Source: Chrysomallon squamiferum (lineage: Eukaryota > Animalia > Mollusca). Taken from it: a DNA stretch of 64,000 bases. The position numbers and the translations under genes were made by a program. Position 1 is the first letter of the stretch. Each line of letters opens with the position of its first letter. Shown here piece by piece: positions 42,301 through 55,533 of this stretch. The stretch is from the NCBI GenBank assembly GCA_012295275.1, contig CM022665.1:3224001-3288000 (forward strand). The letters are read 5' to 3'. The notes beneath the pieces were generated by a model, which saw only the letters and a program-made list of their open reading frames with translations, ran no database searches and was not told the DNA's origin.

Positions 42301-45300
42301 AACAACAGTTCAGATAAATGAAACTGTATGAAGAAAAAACAAATTTACAGCCAAGAAAGGTAAACCAATAAATGAAAACACACACACGCACACACTCACT
42401 CACAATGGGTAACTACAAATGTAATTAATATATTCACAATACCTCAGCCATGCTGTTTTGAATAGGTGTTCCTGTCAGGAGCAATCTGTTTCTGCAGTTG
42501 AACCCAAGAAGGATTTTCCAGCGAACACTAAATATAAAATATATGATTTTTTTAGAAACAATATAATTACATAAGACAAAATTACTAAATCACTTTCAGA
42601 TGTTATTACATCTTAATATATATATATACATATATATTTTTTACTTCTGTTATTTGGTTTGCTTTTGAAATAATACAAAACTGTGAATTTATGATCAATC
42701 AGTTAACAGTAAAATGATATTCACAATGATAGCAGTGAACAATTTAAATGAATGAATTGTTAATAATGATGACACAATTATTTAAAAGTAAAAATAAAAC
42801 AGTGCTCATGGTCTCTATTAGTAACTACTGTAATGATTGACAATCAGCCTGCATAAATTCTTGTACACATAGCATAATAATGCATATACAATATTACCAA
42901 AAACAGTTTCAAAATTTGTTTAAACTAGTGAATTCTCAGGATAGAAGGGAAATAACTCCAAAAAGAATTCTGCAGGTTAAAACATAAATATTTTTCAAAA
43001 TGTGATTAATGGCCAAACCTGGAACTACTTTTCAAAGCCTGTGCCTCATCCAGTATCATGTACTGCCATTTGATGCGCTGAAAATACTTGACATCCTGGA
43101 TAACAAGCTGATAGCTTGTGATAACAATGTGAAATGAAGCCGCTTCTGTGTGAATGCAATGCTGGTCCCAAAACTTTCTCAAGATTCTTCGATCCTGAGC
43201 ATTACCCCAGTATGGAACAATCTGAACACAACAAATAAATTGACGGGTTAGGTAATATTAATTTAATAATTTTGATATTAAATGCTATTTTCTATGTACA
43301 CAGGTTATACCCTTTTACTTATTCAAGTTTGAACTTTATAAATAAATCAGGAAGTATAATAAAATTATAAATATACATTATCATTATAAAAAACAAAAAC
43401 AATAAATTAAAAATTTAAATTTTCCATATTATATTAAACAAATATATTAAGAAGAACACTATTTACATTTCAACTTAAGTATTTCATTTCTTTTAGGATG
43501 ATTAATTAAAAAAAATGTTCACCTTGAACTTGGAGACAAATCTTGCACATTCTTGCTGCCAGTTGTGGAGAGTGGATGCTGGAGCAATCACCAGAAATGG
43601 ACCCCAAATGCTTTGAGCCTTTCATTTAAACAACAAAATATGATCATTACATTACTATTAATTGTGTTTTTGTTCACCAGACATAAAAAATATTGTTGAA
43701 CATCAATTTTAGCCCTAAAAGTCATTTATTTTCTGTTGATAACAATCTGTTATGTTTTTATTTAAGTATAAGATGTACTCATAAAAAGCTTAATGTTTTT
43801 CTACCAAAATTATAACTGTTAAAAATTATATATACAGAAATTAAAAAAATAATAGTGAGCAGCCAGTTTTACATTTCTTTTTCTTTTTACTTTTAATGAG
43901 GTGTCTGCCTTAATCGGCATGAAATTAATGTACATATAACATGAAAAACATACCTCTGCTAAATGGGCAAGAAATGCCAGGCTCTGAATTGTTTTTCCAA
44001 GACCCATCTCATCTGCTAGGATGCCGTTTATACCTTGATTGTAGAGATTTGCCAGCCAATTCATACCCTAAAATTGTCAACAACAGCAAAAATGGTTGGC
44101 AAGATATATAAAACACTGTTATATTTAATTAATGTTAATGAAAAATTGATTTTAAATAACATTAAGTGAAACAAACAATTTATAAATAGTTTTATACACA
44201 CAACAATAAGTATCACAATAAAACTAAATTAAAGTTATCAAAATCTTGCATCTCAATTATGTATGTGATTCTTTTACACTGTCAAGATGTTTTTATTATA
44301 ATACTGAAACTATAAAGTATTTCCTGTGCAATTGTTTCTTTTTGTATTTTTTTTATTTTTTAAATTATGATTTACAAAAATTACCTTTAACTGGTAGCCT
44401 TTCAGTGTTCCCTGAAAGATACTAGGCTGTGGTCTTTCTTCACTAGTAACTTCAAGACCATCATCAGTACAGGCTGATTAAATACAAAACATTACACATC
44501 AAACTGACATCATATTTTAACATAGACAGTTAAACATCAAACAATGGATTTTATGTTAAAAGTTAAATATTTTAAAAGAAATACTTGTGTCTATCTATTA
44601 CATGTTAACATGTATAAAATATAAAATATCTAAACTTACCATTATAATTACTAGACTGGCTGCCATCAAATGCATTTGTCTGAAAATGTATAAAGGAAAT
44701 TTAAAAAGAGGAAGAATAACAACATCAAAATTAGACACAACACATACATAAAGAAGTTCTCTAAGTTAAACACATGCATTTTAATACACTGACATACTTA
44801 AAAGAATTGTTTGAAGTTCAGGTAATCAACTCTTCGTTAAAAAACCTGTGATGAACAGTTAATGGATACATTACAAATGCCAGAAATTGCCCATGATGAG
44901 CATAGAAATCAAGTTCAAAGAGAAAACTAAAATTTTTTAAAGACAGATATAATCCCTTGAATGAATTTACTAATGTCAAGTTTGCAAAATTATCTAGAAT
45001 TTGCAGTCATTTTGGACTTCATTATGATCTTTAATAGATAAAGTAAAAACACTTACTGAAAATGTTTCAAAATCTCACATACATTTTGTTAGATGTATGA
45101 CTTTTTAAACTAAAAAGTCAAAACATCTGGAAATTGGCTACCATTTGCTTGGTAATCCAACCCCATATCACCTCTTTTCTTAAGTTCGATTTACTGTCAC
45201 TCCTTTTATCTTTTGTGACCTCATAATCACTTGTTATTAATTTAACTGACACCATTCTTTCATAATGGGAATATTTTTCCACCCTCAGAAACCTTTGTAT

Positions 45301-48300
45301 TTAATTATGTTACAGATACATGCAATGAGGTTCAGTTTTGTGCATGTGTTTTGAGAGCAGCTGTTTTATTTCAAATAAAGTTTAAAATTACCCACTGATC
45401 AAAACAACTGACTACTCCTATTTCTGAAAAACATACCTGACACAGTGTAATCATATGTAAGTGTCACTATATATGAACAACAAAGTATTTTGATTTGGTA
45501 AAAGATACAAATTACACTCAGATAGCAAGTTGCATGTCTTTATCTTTTGATAACGTACAATAAATGCAATTGTGATTTTGTCTGACACAAACACATGATG
45601 AAAACCTTTTGTAAATTTATCTTTCTATTACATGCATTTTTTTTTTAAATAATAAAAGAAACTGACCTTTTTCTTATGTGATATGTATGCTTTTTCAGCA
45701 TTTTGTAATGCCAGTTTTTTACTTTCTTCACTGTCTGAAAAAGAAAAATACTCACTTCAAAATCTAGAAGATAATAATCAGAGGTTTCTGTTTAAAGGGT
45801 TATTAATTAAGTTATAACTTAAGGCAATGTGAGACAGTAAAGTTTATATTTGAGAAGGGCTAACATAAACAAATTTAATGGACAGTAAATGATAATACTA
45901 TGAACCCTATATACAAAAATGCAATCTGTTGCAGTTTATCTCTTGCTGTTGCCATGGAAACCAAAATAAACAGCCAGATCATTAGGTTTTTAAGAACTGA
46001 TTTTTCAGCTACAAAATATATCAGAAGAACAGTTTAACTTTGTGTACATGTTGACAGTACTATAAAGATATGTTTTTGCTCATGTTACTTTTTTGTTAAA
46101 TGTTATAAAATGTGTGCTGCTTTAAGCAATTAACCTTTATAAAGTGAAAACTATCAAAAATATCATCAAAATCTTTCTACTGTAATGTCAACAAGACATT
46201 ATTGTAAAAATATGCAAAGTTTATTAGAAATGAATAGATAGTTCCTGAGAAATTTTGATTTTAGAGTCGCCTTTTGACTGAAAAATGGAAACTGAGAAAA
46301 ACGTTAGATCCTATTATTTATTTCTCAGTCTTGCTTGAAAATTTAGCCACTCACTCAGCAAAAAGTATACAGTATGTTTCCTGTTTAAACTATGTTACAG
46401 TTTTATTGCCCAAAACAAAATGTTCTGCTGTCAACAGTGCCAAAGCAAAAAAAGATGAAGTACTCATTGAAGGCAAATGACATTCAATCAGTTTCATTGT
46501 CGATTCTTGCCACTGTGTCACTTTGCTTATGTGCTTTGCACTGCCTTGCATAAGCTAAATGTTTTCTGCATGATAACTTGCCTTTTAGAGCCAATTTCTA
46601 CGACGAGTTCTTCACAAGAGCCATTTTTCTGATCATTCTGAATCAGATAAGCACTTTCCACTTCACATTCCATAACTGAACATTCTGTTGAATGGTAGGC
46701 TTAGAAAATGAGTTGTTATATGAATGTGACTTAGTTATCATGACAAAACTCTCCAAAATAGTACAGGGGAGATAATCTAGATACTTTCACATGCAATACT
46801 TGATCATTAGTATAAAGAAAATGGCTGCTGCTAGGGCCTAAAACTTCACTTTTTCACACACTTTTCAGAGCAAACAAGCACAAATGTCAAAGGGTTAGAA
46901 ATGACATTTTTAATAAAATTGAAGTATGGGATCTGAAAGTAGACATGTTCAGGAATGTCAATCTGCAAAAAACAAAAAATCGTTGAACTGACTCAAATTT
47001 TGCATTTTCTTCTGCCACACATTGCCTTAAAAGGTAATAAGCATGTAAATGTAACACATACCATAGTCATCACCAGGAATCTCTGACAATGCGTCTTCAT
47101 CCAGATTACTGAGAATCTTGTCCCGCATCATGTCACCTTCACCAGTTAATTTTCGTGCCATAAAGTGAGCATATACTTCAGTCTGAGTTATCAAGAAATT
47201 GATTTTTCGCTGTTGTCTTCGAGCCTAAAATTAACAATAAAAAATTCATTGACTTTCCAGTTGCTGTTTTGGGGGGTTTTGTTTTTTCAGTTATACTATA
47301 CATCTTGTTGTTTGAAAATTTTGCTTTAAATACTTTACCTGTTTATAGATTTGTCTGCTAAAAAAGATCAGTGAAATAATATCTAAACATTTTCAAAATC
47401 ATTTTAAATTTTTTTCAGACTTTTTTTTCACAAACAATGATATTTTGTCATCAGGTTACTTCTGACTGTTCTGAAATACACACACCTCTCTTAATTCCAG
47501 ATCCATTTTCCTTTGTTCAAGTGCTTCCTTTTCTACTTTTCGACGATGTTCCTTCTCCACCTTTTCAAATCTCTTCCAGTATAAAAGCATTTCTCTTGTC
47601 AGTCTTCTGGCTCTTGAAGGAATTTCTTTCATTACTTTCTGTGACTGAAGAGCAGCACGGCGGCATTCTTTCATACACTGGGTTGCTACCTAAGAAGTTT
47701 AAAACATTTACATTTACGGTCCAAGAAAACCCTGAAGTAGAACAAACAGACTGCAATGCTAAAATTATGAATTACACGTTATTTTGATGCTTTAAATATT
47801 TGGATCAATGTTAAAACCCAACAAATTACCATTAAGTTGTTGTCACTTTTCAGTAGAACCTATACGACTTTCAGTCAAAGGTGTAATTAATTTTCCTAAA
47901 GGCATACAAAATATATTTACCTTTTTTAATGAAGTCATTGCTTCTTTTCTAGCAGACACCTTTTGTTTCTGAGCCTAAAATTGAATGAATAAAAAATTTT
48001 TAAATGAATTTCTTTTAAAAAAGATATATCAATCACAAATTTTTACACTAAGAACTGTCAGAGAATTGCAATTCAAATTAGTTTTTAGATATGATTATTT
48101 TGTTCTGCTCCAATATCAGCACACCAATCTCCTGCTTTACACAGCTAATGGATTCAACCAATAAATTTCTGTGTTAATTGAAAATAAAAATAACATTAAT
48201 AAGACATTCTTTTTCAAAATTATTTTTTTATTTATTATTTTGTTTTTAATCTGCTGTTTAATTAATAAAACATTAAAATAGAGCAGGAAAAAAAAAAAAA

Positions 48301-51300
48301 AAGGAAGAAAATGTAAAAAAAAGGAAATTATTCTGCACAACATATTAAATGATGAAACTATATAAAGTGTGGGGTTCCTGTATTAACAGTCAAGAATAAA
48401 TATGATAAATATGAAGGTTCATCAAGAACAGGTTCAGTAAATAAGCATGATAACGTGTATACCTTAGGTATTTCTTTCTTTGCAATATTAATCCACAGGC
48501 GTTTTCGTTTAGCATCAGCCTGTTCTGGTGTCAGCTTTCTTGGTTTCCCTCCTTTACCCAGGAGATGCTGACGTTGTATGATGGCTTCCAGTAACACTGG
48601 ATCAATTTCCCCAGCACTCTAAAATAGAATTTCAGTGGAATTAAGAAAGATCAAAAAGAAAATGAGAGGTAAACTTAAAAACTATAATAAATAAATGTTG
48701 TTATATAATTAAGTATTATACACTGAGTACTACCATTACATTTTCTTCAGAACATATGCTATTTTATGTTTAAAGCTTGTTATCTTAAAATATTCCAGCA
48801 TTAAAGATTCAAATTACAGTTATAAAAATTAGCTGAAATATTACTTGACAGTTTAAATAATAAATGAATTGGAAATGGAAATTTATTCAAAACCTCATCA
48901 TCCCCGTTTTCAGAAAGCTTCTCTTTCTTCAATTTCTTCAGTTTTGCTAAAATGTGAAAGCATGAAAATTACATTTATTTGACATATCAAGCATCACTAT
49001 AAATGAGAATCCAGATAAAATCAAATTTAATTTAAAAATGAATAGAGGAATGTTTTCTTTAACTAATTTTAAACAATTTTCTCATACCTTTTACTTTCTT
49101 TTCCAACTTCTTTTGTTCTTTAGAAATCTTTTTCCTGGGACCAGAAATAGATTTGAAATGTTCTGGATATCTGTCATAGTTTGACAAAAGACCTGTACTG
49201 TAGTACTGATATTGGTGGAGCTGAAACAGTTAATTTAAAAAATTAACATTAAACAAATTAATTAGTTCTCATTTAATATTACTGTTTCAGTATCATCACT
49301 TTTTCGGCTAAGTATTAAAAACTGATGGTTAGCAAAATGACAGACAATAATTAAAATAATTAAAATAGTTTAGTATTAAAAAACATACACATACATACCC
49401 ACACCCACAGAAATAATTAAATAACCACAAAAAATATACATATTTTTTTTAATTAAAAATGAAATAAAATATATATAAAAAATATATTCTACCAAAGCAA
49501 AATCTCTTGTGTGTGTGTGTGTGTGTGTAAAATATACTGAACTGCTCAACATGGACAAAAACTAAAAATTCACAAAGAAATTCATAAAACTTTTGTATTT
49601 CTTTTGTTTAACTATATACATCATCCAACCATGCTACTTTATCAAGTTTTTTTTCCAGAAGTGTACATTGTACATATGTTAACAATACAATAGAGAATTT
49701 ATAGCTCATGCTTATTAAAAATTGTATGTTCTTATAAGCAATCAACGCTTATAAAGTGATATTCATCACTGCTGAAGATTCTTTTGTCAATTTTTTTACA
49801 TGATATCATGTGAAAAGAATTTTATTGCAGCTGTGTGCATTTTAATCTATTAAGGCCAAAGATGGAATCATTTTATTGGATAAAGAAATGTGACTAAGAA
49901 CAATAAGAAAAACAGTAGCCTGTTTTTATTGAATCCTTTGACTCAGAAATAACTGGAAACAATAGTCACATCCCACCCAACACCATTAATTGGTTCCAAA
50001 AGCTATGATGTAACCTGGTTTTTGATGTAAACCAGGCATAAGTCTTTAAAAATGCCTTGAAATAGTGACAAACATCATAAACCTACCATAAATAACTCAC
50101 AAAAAAGAATGTATCTATCACTAAACCTTAAAGAATTCTAAAAACACATTTTAGTCACATTTTTAAATAATGAACAGTTAATAAAATTACATTACTTACT
50201 TTCTTTTGCCCTTAAAAATGTCTTAAATATGATAACAAATATATCACAATTAGCATAAACATACAGAATAATGTAATTCTCATTAAGATGTTAAAGAATT
50301 TAAAGAATATTGTAGTTTTAATTTGTAAAGAATAAATAAAAATTAATAAAATTACGTTGTTTACTGTAAACCTGACATCTTCTGATATGCTAGATGGTAG
50401 AACTACACAACAATGGACATTAAAAAAATTTCACAATTTTTTTATGTAAATATTTTGTTGTATATATGTTTATATTCTGTTTTTACTGTACTTTAAACTT
50501 GGTTGTTGTTGTTTTTTTTAAATTCTTTTACCTCTTATTGTTAATTTTTTATGTATTTTATTTACATTAAATTTGATTTATTTTGTAAAAATATTTTATT
50601 TATGTCTTTAAAAAAATATTGGAAATCTATATACATGTTTCTAAGGCTTTTAAGCTTGTATGAAATACACTCAGAGAAAGTGATAAAATATGAATTGAAA
50701 ATATACCACAGGATCTTGATAAAAGATTTTCTGATGTTTTCTTTGAAATTCATGAATCTGTAGCATCATCTGGAAATCTTCATTTGTGATTGGTTTTTCA
50801 TCATCATCATCTGATGAACTATCACTGAGCAAAATGTTCTAACAAAAACAATACAAATAATTTCAGATTAATTTTCAAAATGTAGAGAATGTTTTAGTAT
50901 CTAATGAGAATAATGAAATTAGATCTAGTCTGGACTTACAACATTTTACTTATTTAATGAATTAGCTTTCAAAGAATAAAGTTTCAAATTAGATGATAAT
51001 ATAACAATTCAATACCTTTAGCCATTTTCTACTTTTCTTCACTCTACTGAAATTAAACAGCCTTGTCTTGTCAGCTTTTCTCTCTGAAATAAAAAATGTC
51101 AATAAAATAATCAAACAAAACAGAAAAGAACATAATCATGATAAACATTTTCTGAGAATACATTATTCTGAATTAGCACTTGACTTTGTTTTATAATTTC
51201 ATAAAATGTGAATTCAATGTCAAAAATAGTTTTACTATTCTTTCAGATATGAAACATGACTTTCAATATTAACACATTTATTACTGATTAAAAAACCCAA

Positions 51301-51804
51301 CAAAATAACAACAAAAAAACCCAAAACTAACCATCTTTAGTGATTGTTATTCCATTGAGAATTTTGTTTCCTTCTTCGTCTTTCAAACATGGTCTCAAAA
51401 TATCTGCTTCAGTATCAGTGCTTTCAACATCACTAAAATCAATTAATTGCAGTGTAATTTTAAAAAATAACAACAATAATAAAATAAACATTTAAATACA
51501 TTTAAAAAATTCAAAATGATTTTAAAAAGAGAAATATACTTGTTCTTCTTATCATGATAGCAGATTTTACAATATTTTGCAACAAACAATTTAAATATTA
51601 CAGAAATTAGTGTATAAAATGTTGCAGACTTTCCATTTATTATCTGCTCTATAGTATTTACCTCTCTTTAACTGGTTCAGTCAAAAGATTTTCTACATAG
51701 CCCAAGAGAGGTTCCAACGCTAATGCTCGCTCCAGTGACTGAACATGTAGTGGCCTTGCTAACTGCTGCCCATAATTATGTTCCAAGTTTGTCTCTGCAG
51801 ACAT
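26795..51804 (-). CDS. INO80: Chromatin-remodelling ATPase INO80 (SNF2 family, split ATPase), 36 coding exons, 1451 aa
   Basis: Hand-assembled exons (- strand, all phases consistent, 4356 nt): 51804-51662, 51432-51332, 51083-51016, 50838-50707, 49220-49088, 48946-48894, 48618-48463, 47974-47921, 47689-47486, 47224-47062, 45734-45667, 44679-44640, 44473-44385, 44067-43954, 43618-43523, 43221-43019, 42527-42443, 42229-42112, 41778-41693, 41265-41098, 40630-40531, 40180-40073, 39815-39725, 39572-39495, 39280-39031, 38700-38569, 38321-38096, 35387-35260, 32247-32080, 31672-31514, 30875-30773, 30438-30368, 30055-29939, 27938-27836, 27496-27314, 26859-26795. Recognised motifs: N-terminal [22 protein letters not shown] region ([30 protein letters not shown]), [52 protein letters not shown]-terminal RGRPRG and AAYAAYGY. 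Confidence 0.97.
27249..27300. repeat. (GT)n microsatellite in the last INO80 intron
   Basis: Directly visible. Confidence 0.95.
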
Positions 51805-54246
51805 TGTGCATTCTTCTCCTAAAACAGTATTTACTAAAAAATATTACTAGAACAAAGAAAAATAAATAACAATAAAATAAAAATATATTTTATTCACAGT
51901 GTTTTTCTTTCTAATGACTTCTGTGCCATCAGTATTATTAAATTTTACGGCTAGCAATACCAATAATTAAACATAAACAGAACAAGCAAAGACCAAATAA
52001 ATATCATTATGAGCAAAACAATTTATTTTATATAAATTTTTCTACTGTGAAACTGTCTGAAAAGGACCTGTGAAAATAATACAATTTGTATCTGAAAACA
52101 GTTATGAAATATTCTATATATTCTGAGTATACTGTCATTTTCCAAACTGATTAAACTTCATGAAATAAATGTACTAAAACTAAGAAAGATGTAGATCGTC
52201 AAATATTTAGTGTCTGCAAGTCTCTTTTAAAAAATAAAATAAACTGAAAATTAGATATGGAATTTTTTTGGTCATATGCCTCTTTTTATGGACAATATAT
52301 AATTAAATGAATTAATTTAATAATTATCAGTATTATTATTATTATTATGCAACCCCAATCAGTGCAACAAATCACAGGAATCTACAGAACTTCAATATAA
52401 GCTGTAAATCTATTCCAAAATAATCATAATCTGTTCTTTTATTTATGATTCTTTATTGGTACCTTTCAACAGATTATGACTTTTAAAAACTCATCAGCTA
52501 ATTTAATCAGAATGAGTGTGTTGATTAACTTGATTTCATGTCAGTGGTTAACTATATTATTTGGCTATGCATATGTGTGATGTACTGTATACAAATACTT
52601 GACATTGTATTTTTGACAAAATATTAATACAGATCAAGATCTGTTGATGTATATAAAAAAAAAGAATAGCAATAATTAAAAACAAAACTGTCTAAAATAT
52701 ATGAAACTTGCTGTTATTAAGAAAAAGATTAACATCTGGTATATACGCACAAGATATTTAGGAACTCATTAACATCTGTCTTTACTCTAGATTAGTCTTT
52801 AACCAAGTACTTCATATTTTGCTTTCAGTCTATAATATTATTGAACTTTGCATTCTACACAGTGACATGTTTGACTGCATTTAAAAGATTTTTTTTAAAA
52901 ACACAAACAAGCAAATGATCTTCCTCTGCTTTACTGAATTTGATACAGTTAACAATTTCAACAAGAAAATGTGTATATGTGTGTGCATATATTTGTGCTG
53001 TATCTAAAACAACAAACAAAATTACAGAGAAATCATACTGATACAAATGGTCATCAGGTCTAAATGCACTGTTCAAATAATAATTTTTGTCAGTTAAAGA
53101 TATAATAATCTAATAATTTATTAACATATTTTCTTTTCTATTTAAACTCATTAAACACATTCTCTGTGTAATTAAGTTTTCACATAAACATTATTATTAT
53201 TCATCAGATCTAATAATTTAAAATACAGTTTCTGAAGCCTATAGAATCCCAAACTATCAACATTAAACGTCACATTTCTGCATTATGACTACAGTTAGTG
53301 AAAATTCAATGCATAATGAAACAAGATCAACATTCGTTTGATTCAGTAATGTTAAATATCTACTTAAAAAGTATATATTTCTTATTGGTGTTTCTTCAGA
53401 AAAAATGTACATAATAAATAACTGTTAGAACAAATAGGAAATAATTTTAAAAAATGAGGTTTTAGAATAATTAAATGTAAATTCATTTGCTTAATGCTGT
53501 CATTTTTTTTTTTTTTTTAATTGACATCCTGATACTTTAGTACTGCAAAATAGATTTATTTTTATACAACCAATCTGGATCTGTTTTAGTGTGACCTTAA
53601 ATGTAATGAAATAGGTAATAAATATAATTTAAAAAAATAATAATTAAAAAATCTGTTTTAAGTATTCTTTATGTCAGAAAGATTTATATATATTTGTTCT
53701 TACTGTCAAAAAAATATATATAACCGCATTGTCACAATGTATATTTTAATTATAATAACTGAGGTTAATCATGTTCATAGAATGGATGAAAGTTGACATT
53801 TATGCAGCTATAATTGTGCCTACATGTAATCATTTATAATTAATCTTCTAGACTTACTAAGTGATCTTTTTTCACAGTATACCTTTTTCTTTCTACATTA
53901 TTAACGTTATATACCACGTGTTTCACGTTTGAATATTTCGAAATTATTTCCTGCAGAATTTATAAATATTTCAACACTGACTTAAAAAGTCCAGTATATC
54001 TCGACACAAAACACTGTTTATTACAAGAATATACACGACAAAATATTCTGTGTTACCAATTGTTAATCCATTTGGAAGATGCAATATATATTGGCCTAAT
54101 GCGGGTTTTTTTGTTTGTTTTTTTGTACCGATTGTAAATTGAGTTTACAGTTGTTTTAATGAGAATTTGAACGATATAAACCCTTGACTAAAGCGATAGC
54201 AGACGAAAAATATTCGAGGACGATGTTAAAGCAACTTCTTTCATAC

Positions 54247-54945
54247 CTCAAAACAGAATTTTCGAATACAAAGTCTAATAACATCCGGATCAAAGCCCTG
54301 CAAACGCCAGATACCAAAATGGCGATTTCTGAGCACTGCGGCAACTATCGGGCTATGGCTGGTTGCCGCAAATAAAACCATGACTTTCCTCTCGCTACGC
54401 TGGGGGTCTCCCGCCATTATTCGGTCACATCTCGATACCAAAATGAAAATAATCTTTTAATTGAAATGCAATACCATCCTTTCAATACATGCAATATTTG
54501 CTCTTATTTCATTAAACAGCTCAATGCAGAAAGCATAACTTGGGTATAATGTTATGAGTTAACAGAAATATTGATATTATAAATACTGTGTTTTGAGAGT
54601 AAAAGCTATTTTTAACATGACGGAATTGTACGAGAATATACGAATTACTTATGATTAAGAATAAAATATTATTTAATTATTAGTTCACTGTTTAAAACAA
54701 ATTTATAGCATATGAATAAATATTCAATTATAATTAATTTTCTTTACTTATGTTAATTACACGTACTTCATGCGCTACCCCATGAAAATATGAATAGACC
54801 GTTAATGCGTGACACAGTTTGTTGTTCATTTACAAATTCAAAACGTTTTGGCGTAACTTCGAAGTTTATCAGTCTAAAGGTTATCAGCGCCATTTTGTCA
54901 CGTTTTGGCACAAATAGACAAGAGGTAGTTGGTGGCTATATTTTG
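54247..54945. promoter_or_regulatory. Bidirectional promoter region with probable non-coding first exons of INO80 (-) and the SR gene (+)
   Basis: CpG-containing island between two divergent genes. There is a - strand donor GAG|GTATGA at 54247/54246 and + strand donors GAG|GTAGTT (54924/5) or TTT|GTAAGT (54944/5). The YY1-type motif CGCCATTTTG occurs on each sense strand (54324-54315 on -, 54888-54897 on +). Confidence 0.7.
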
Positions 54946-55533
54946 TAAGTTTTAAAGTAAATAAATAAAAACTTTAAGTAGAGTTTACTTTCTTTTTATC
55001 GCATGAAATTATGTAATATCTTTCAAAGTTTATATTCTATACATTAATAGTTACATTGTCTTGGCAAACCCACGTTAGACAAAAGGCCAAAAATAAAAAA
55101 AAGATTGATTATTAGTGCGGCACGTAATCCGATAAAACGTCTTATGAATGAGAATAATTTCAAGCAGTCATGATAGACGGATAAAGGGTCACTCTAAAAG
55201 CTTGTGTCATTGAATCTGTATATATAAAATAGTCCATTTCATACTTCTGCCAAGATCTGGCCTTAAACACGCCATTTCAGCAATTCTTAAGTAGGTAAAC
55301 TACAGTGAAAACGAGTCTCTAATGTTTGTGTCTCTAATTAAATGAAATCACAATTTAGTTAACAAGATATTATAATTATGAATTACATACCTTTGAAAGT
55401 TTGTTTGTGCCTCATATGTAGCCTGAATATACTTGAATAGGATAGGATAATCTCAATTACACAAGAATTACCAAAACATTGGGGACATTTCTTTTGCAAT
55501 TAATAATTCTTGTATTTACTTATATGCAGTAAC

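Noticed and set aside
54156-54441. Three overlapping short ORFs
   Set aside because: They fall in the GC-richer promoter / first-exon region and show no protein similarity I can recognise.
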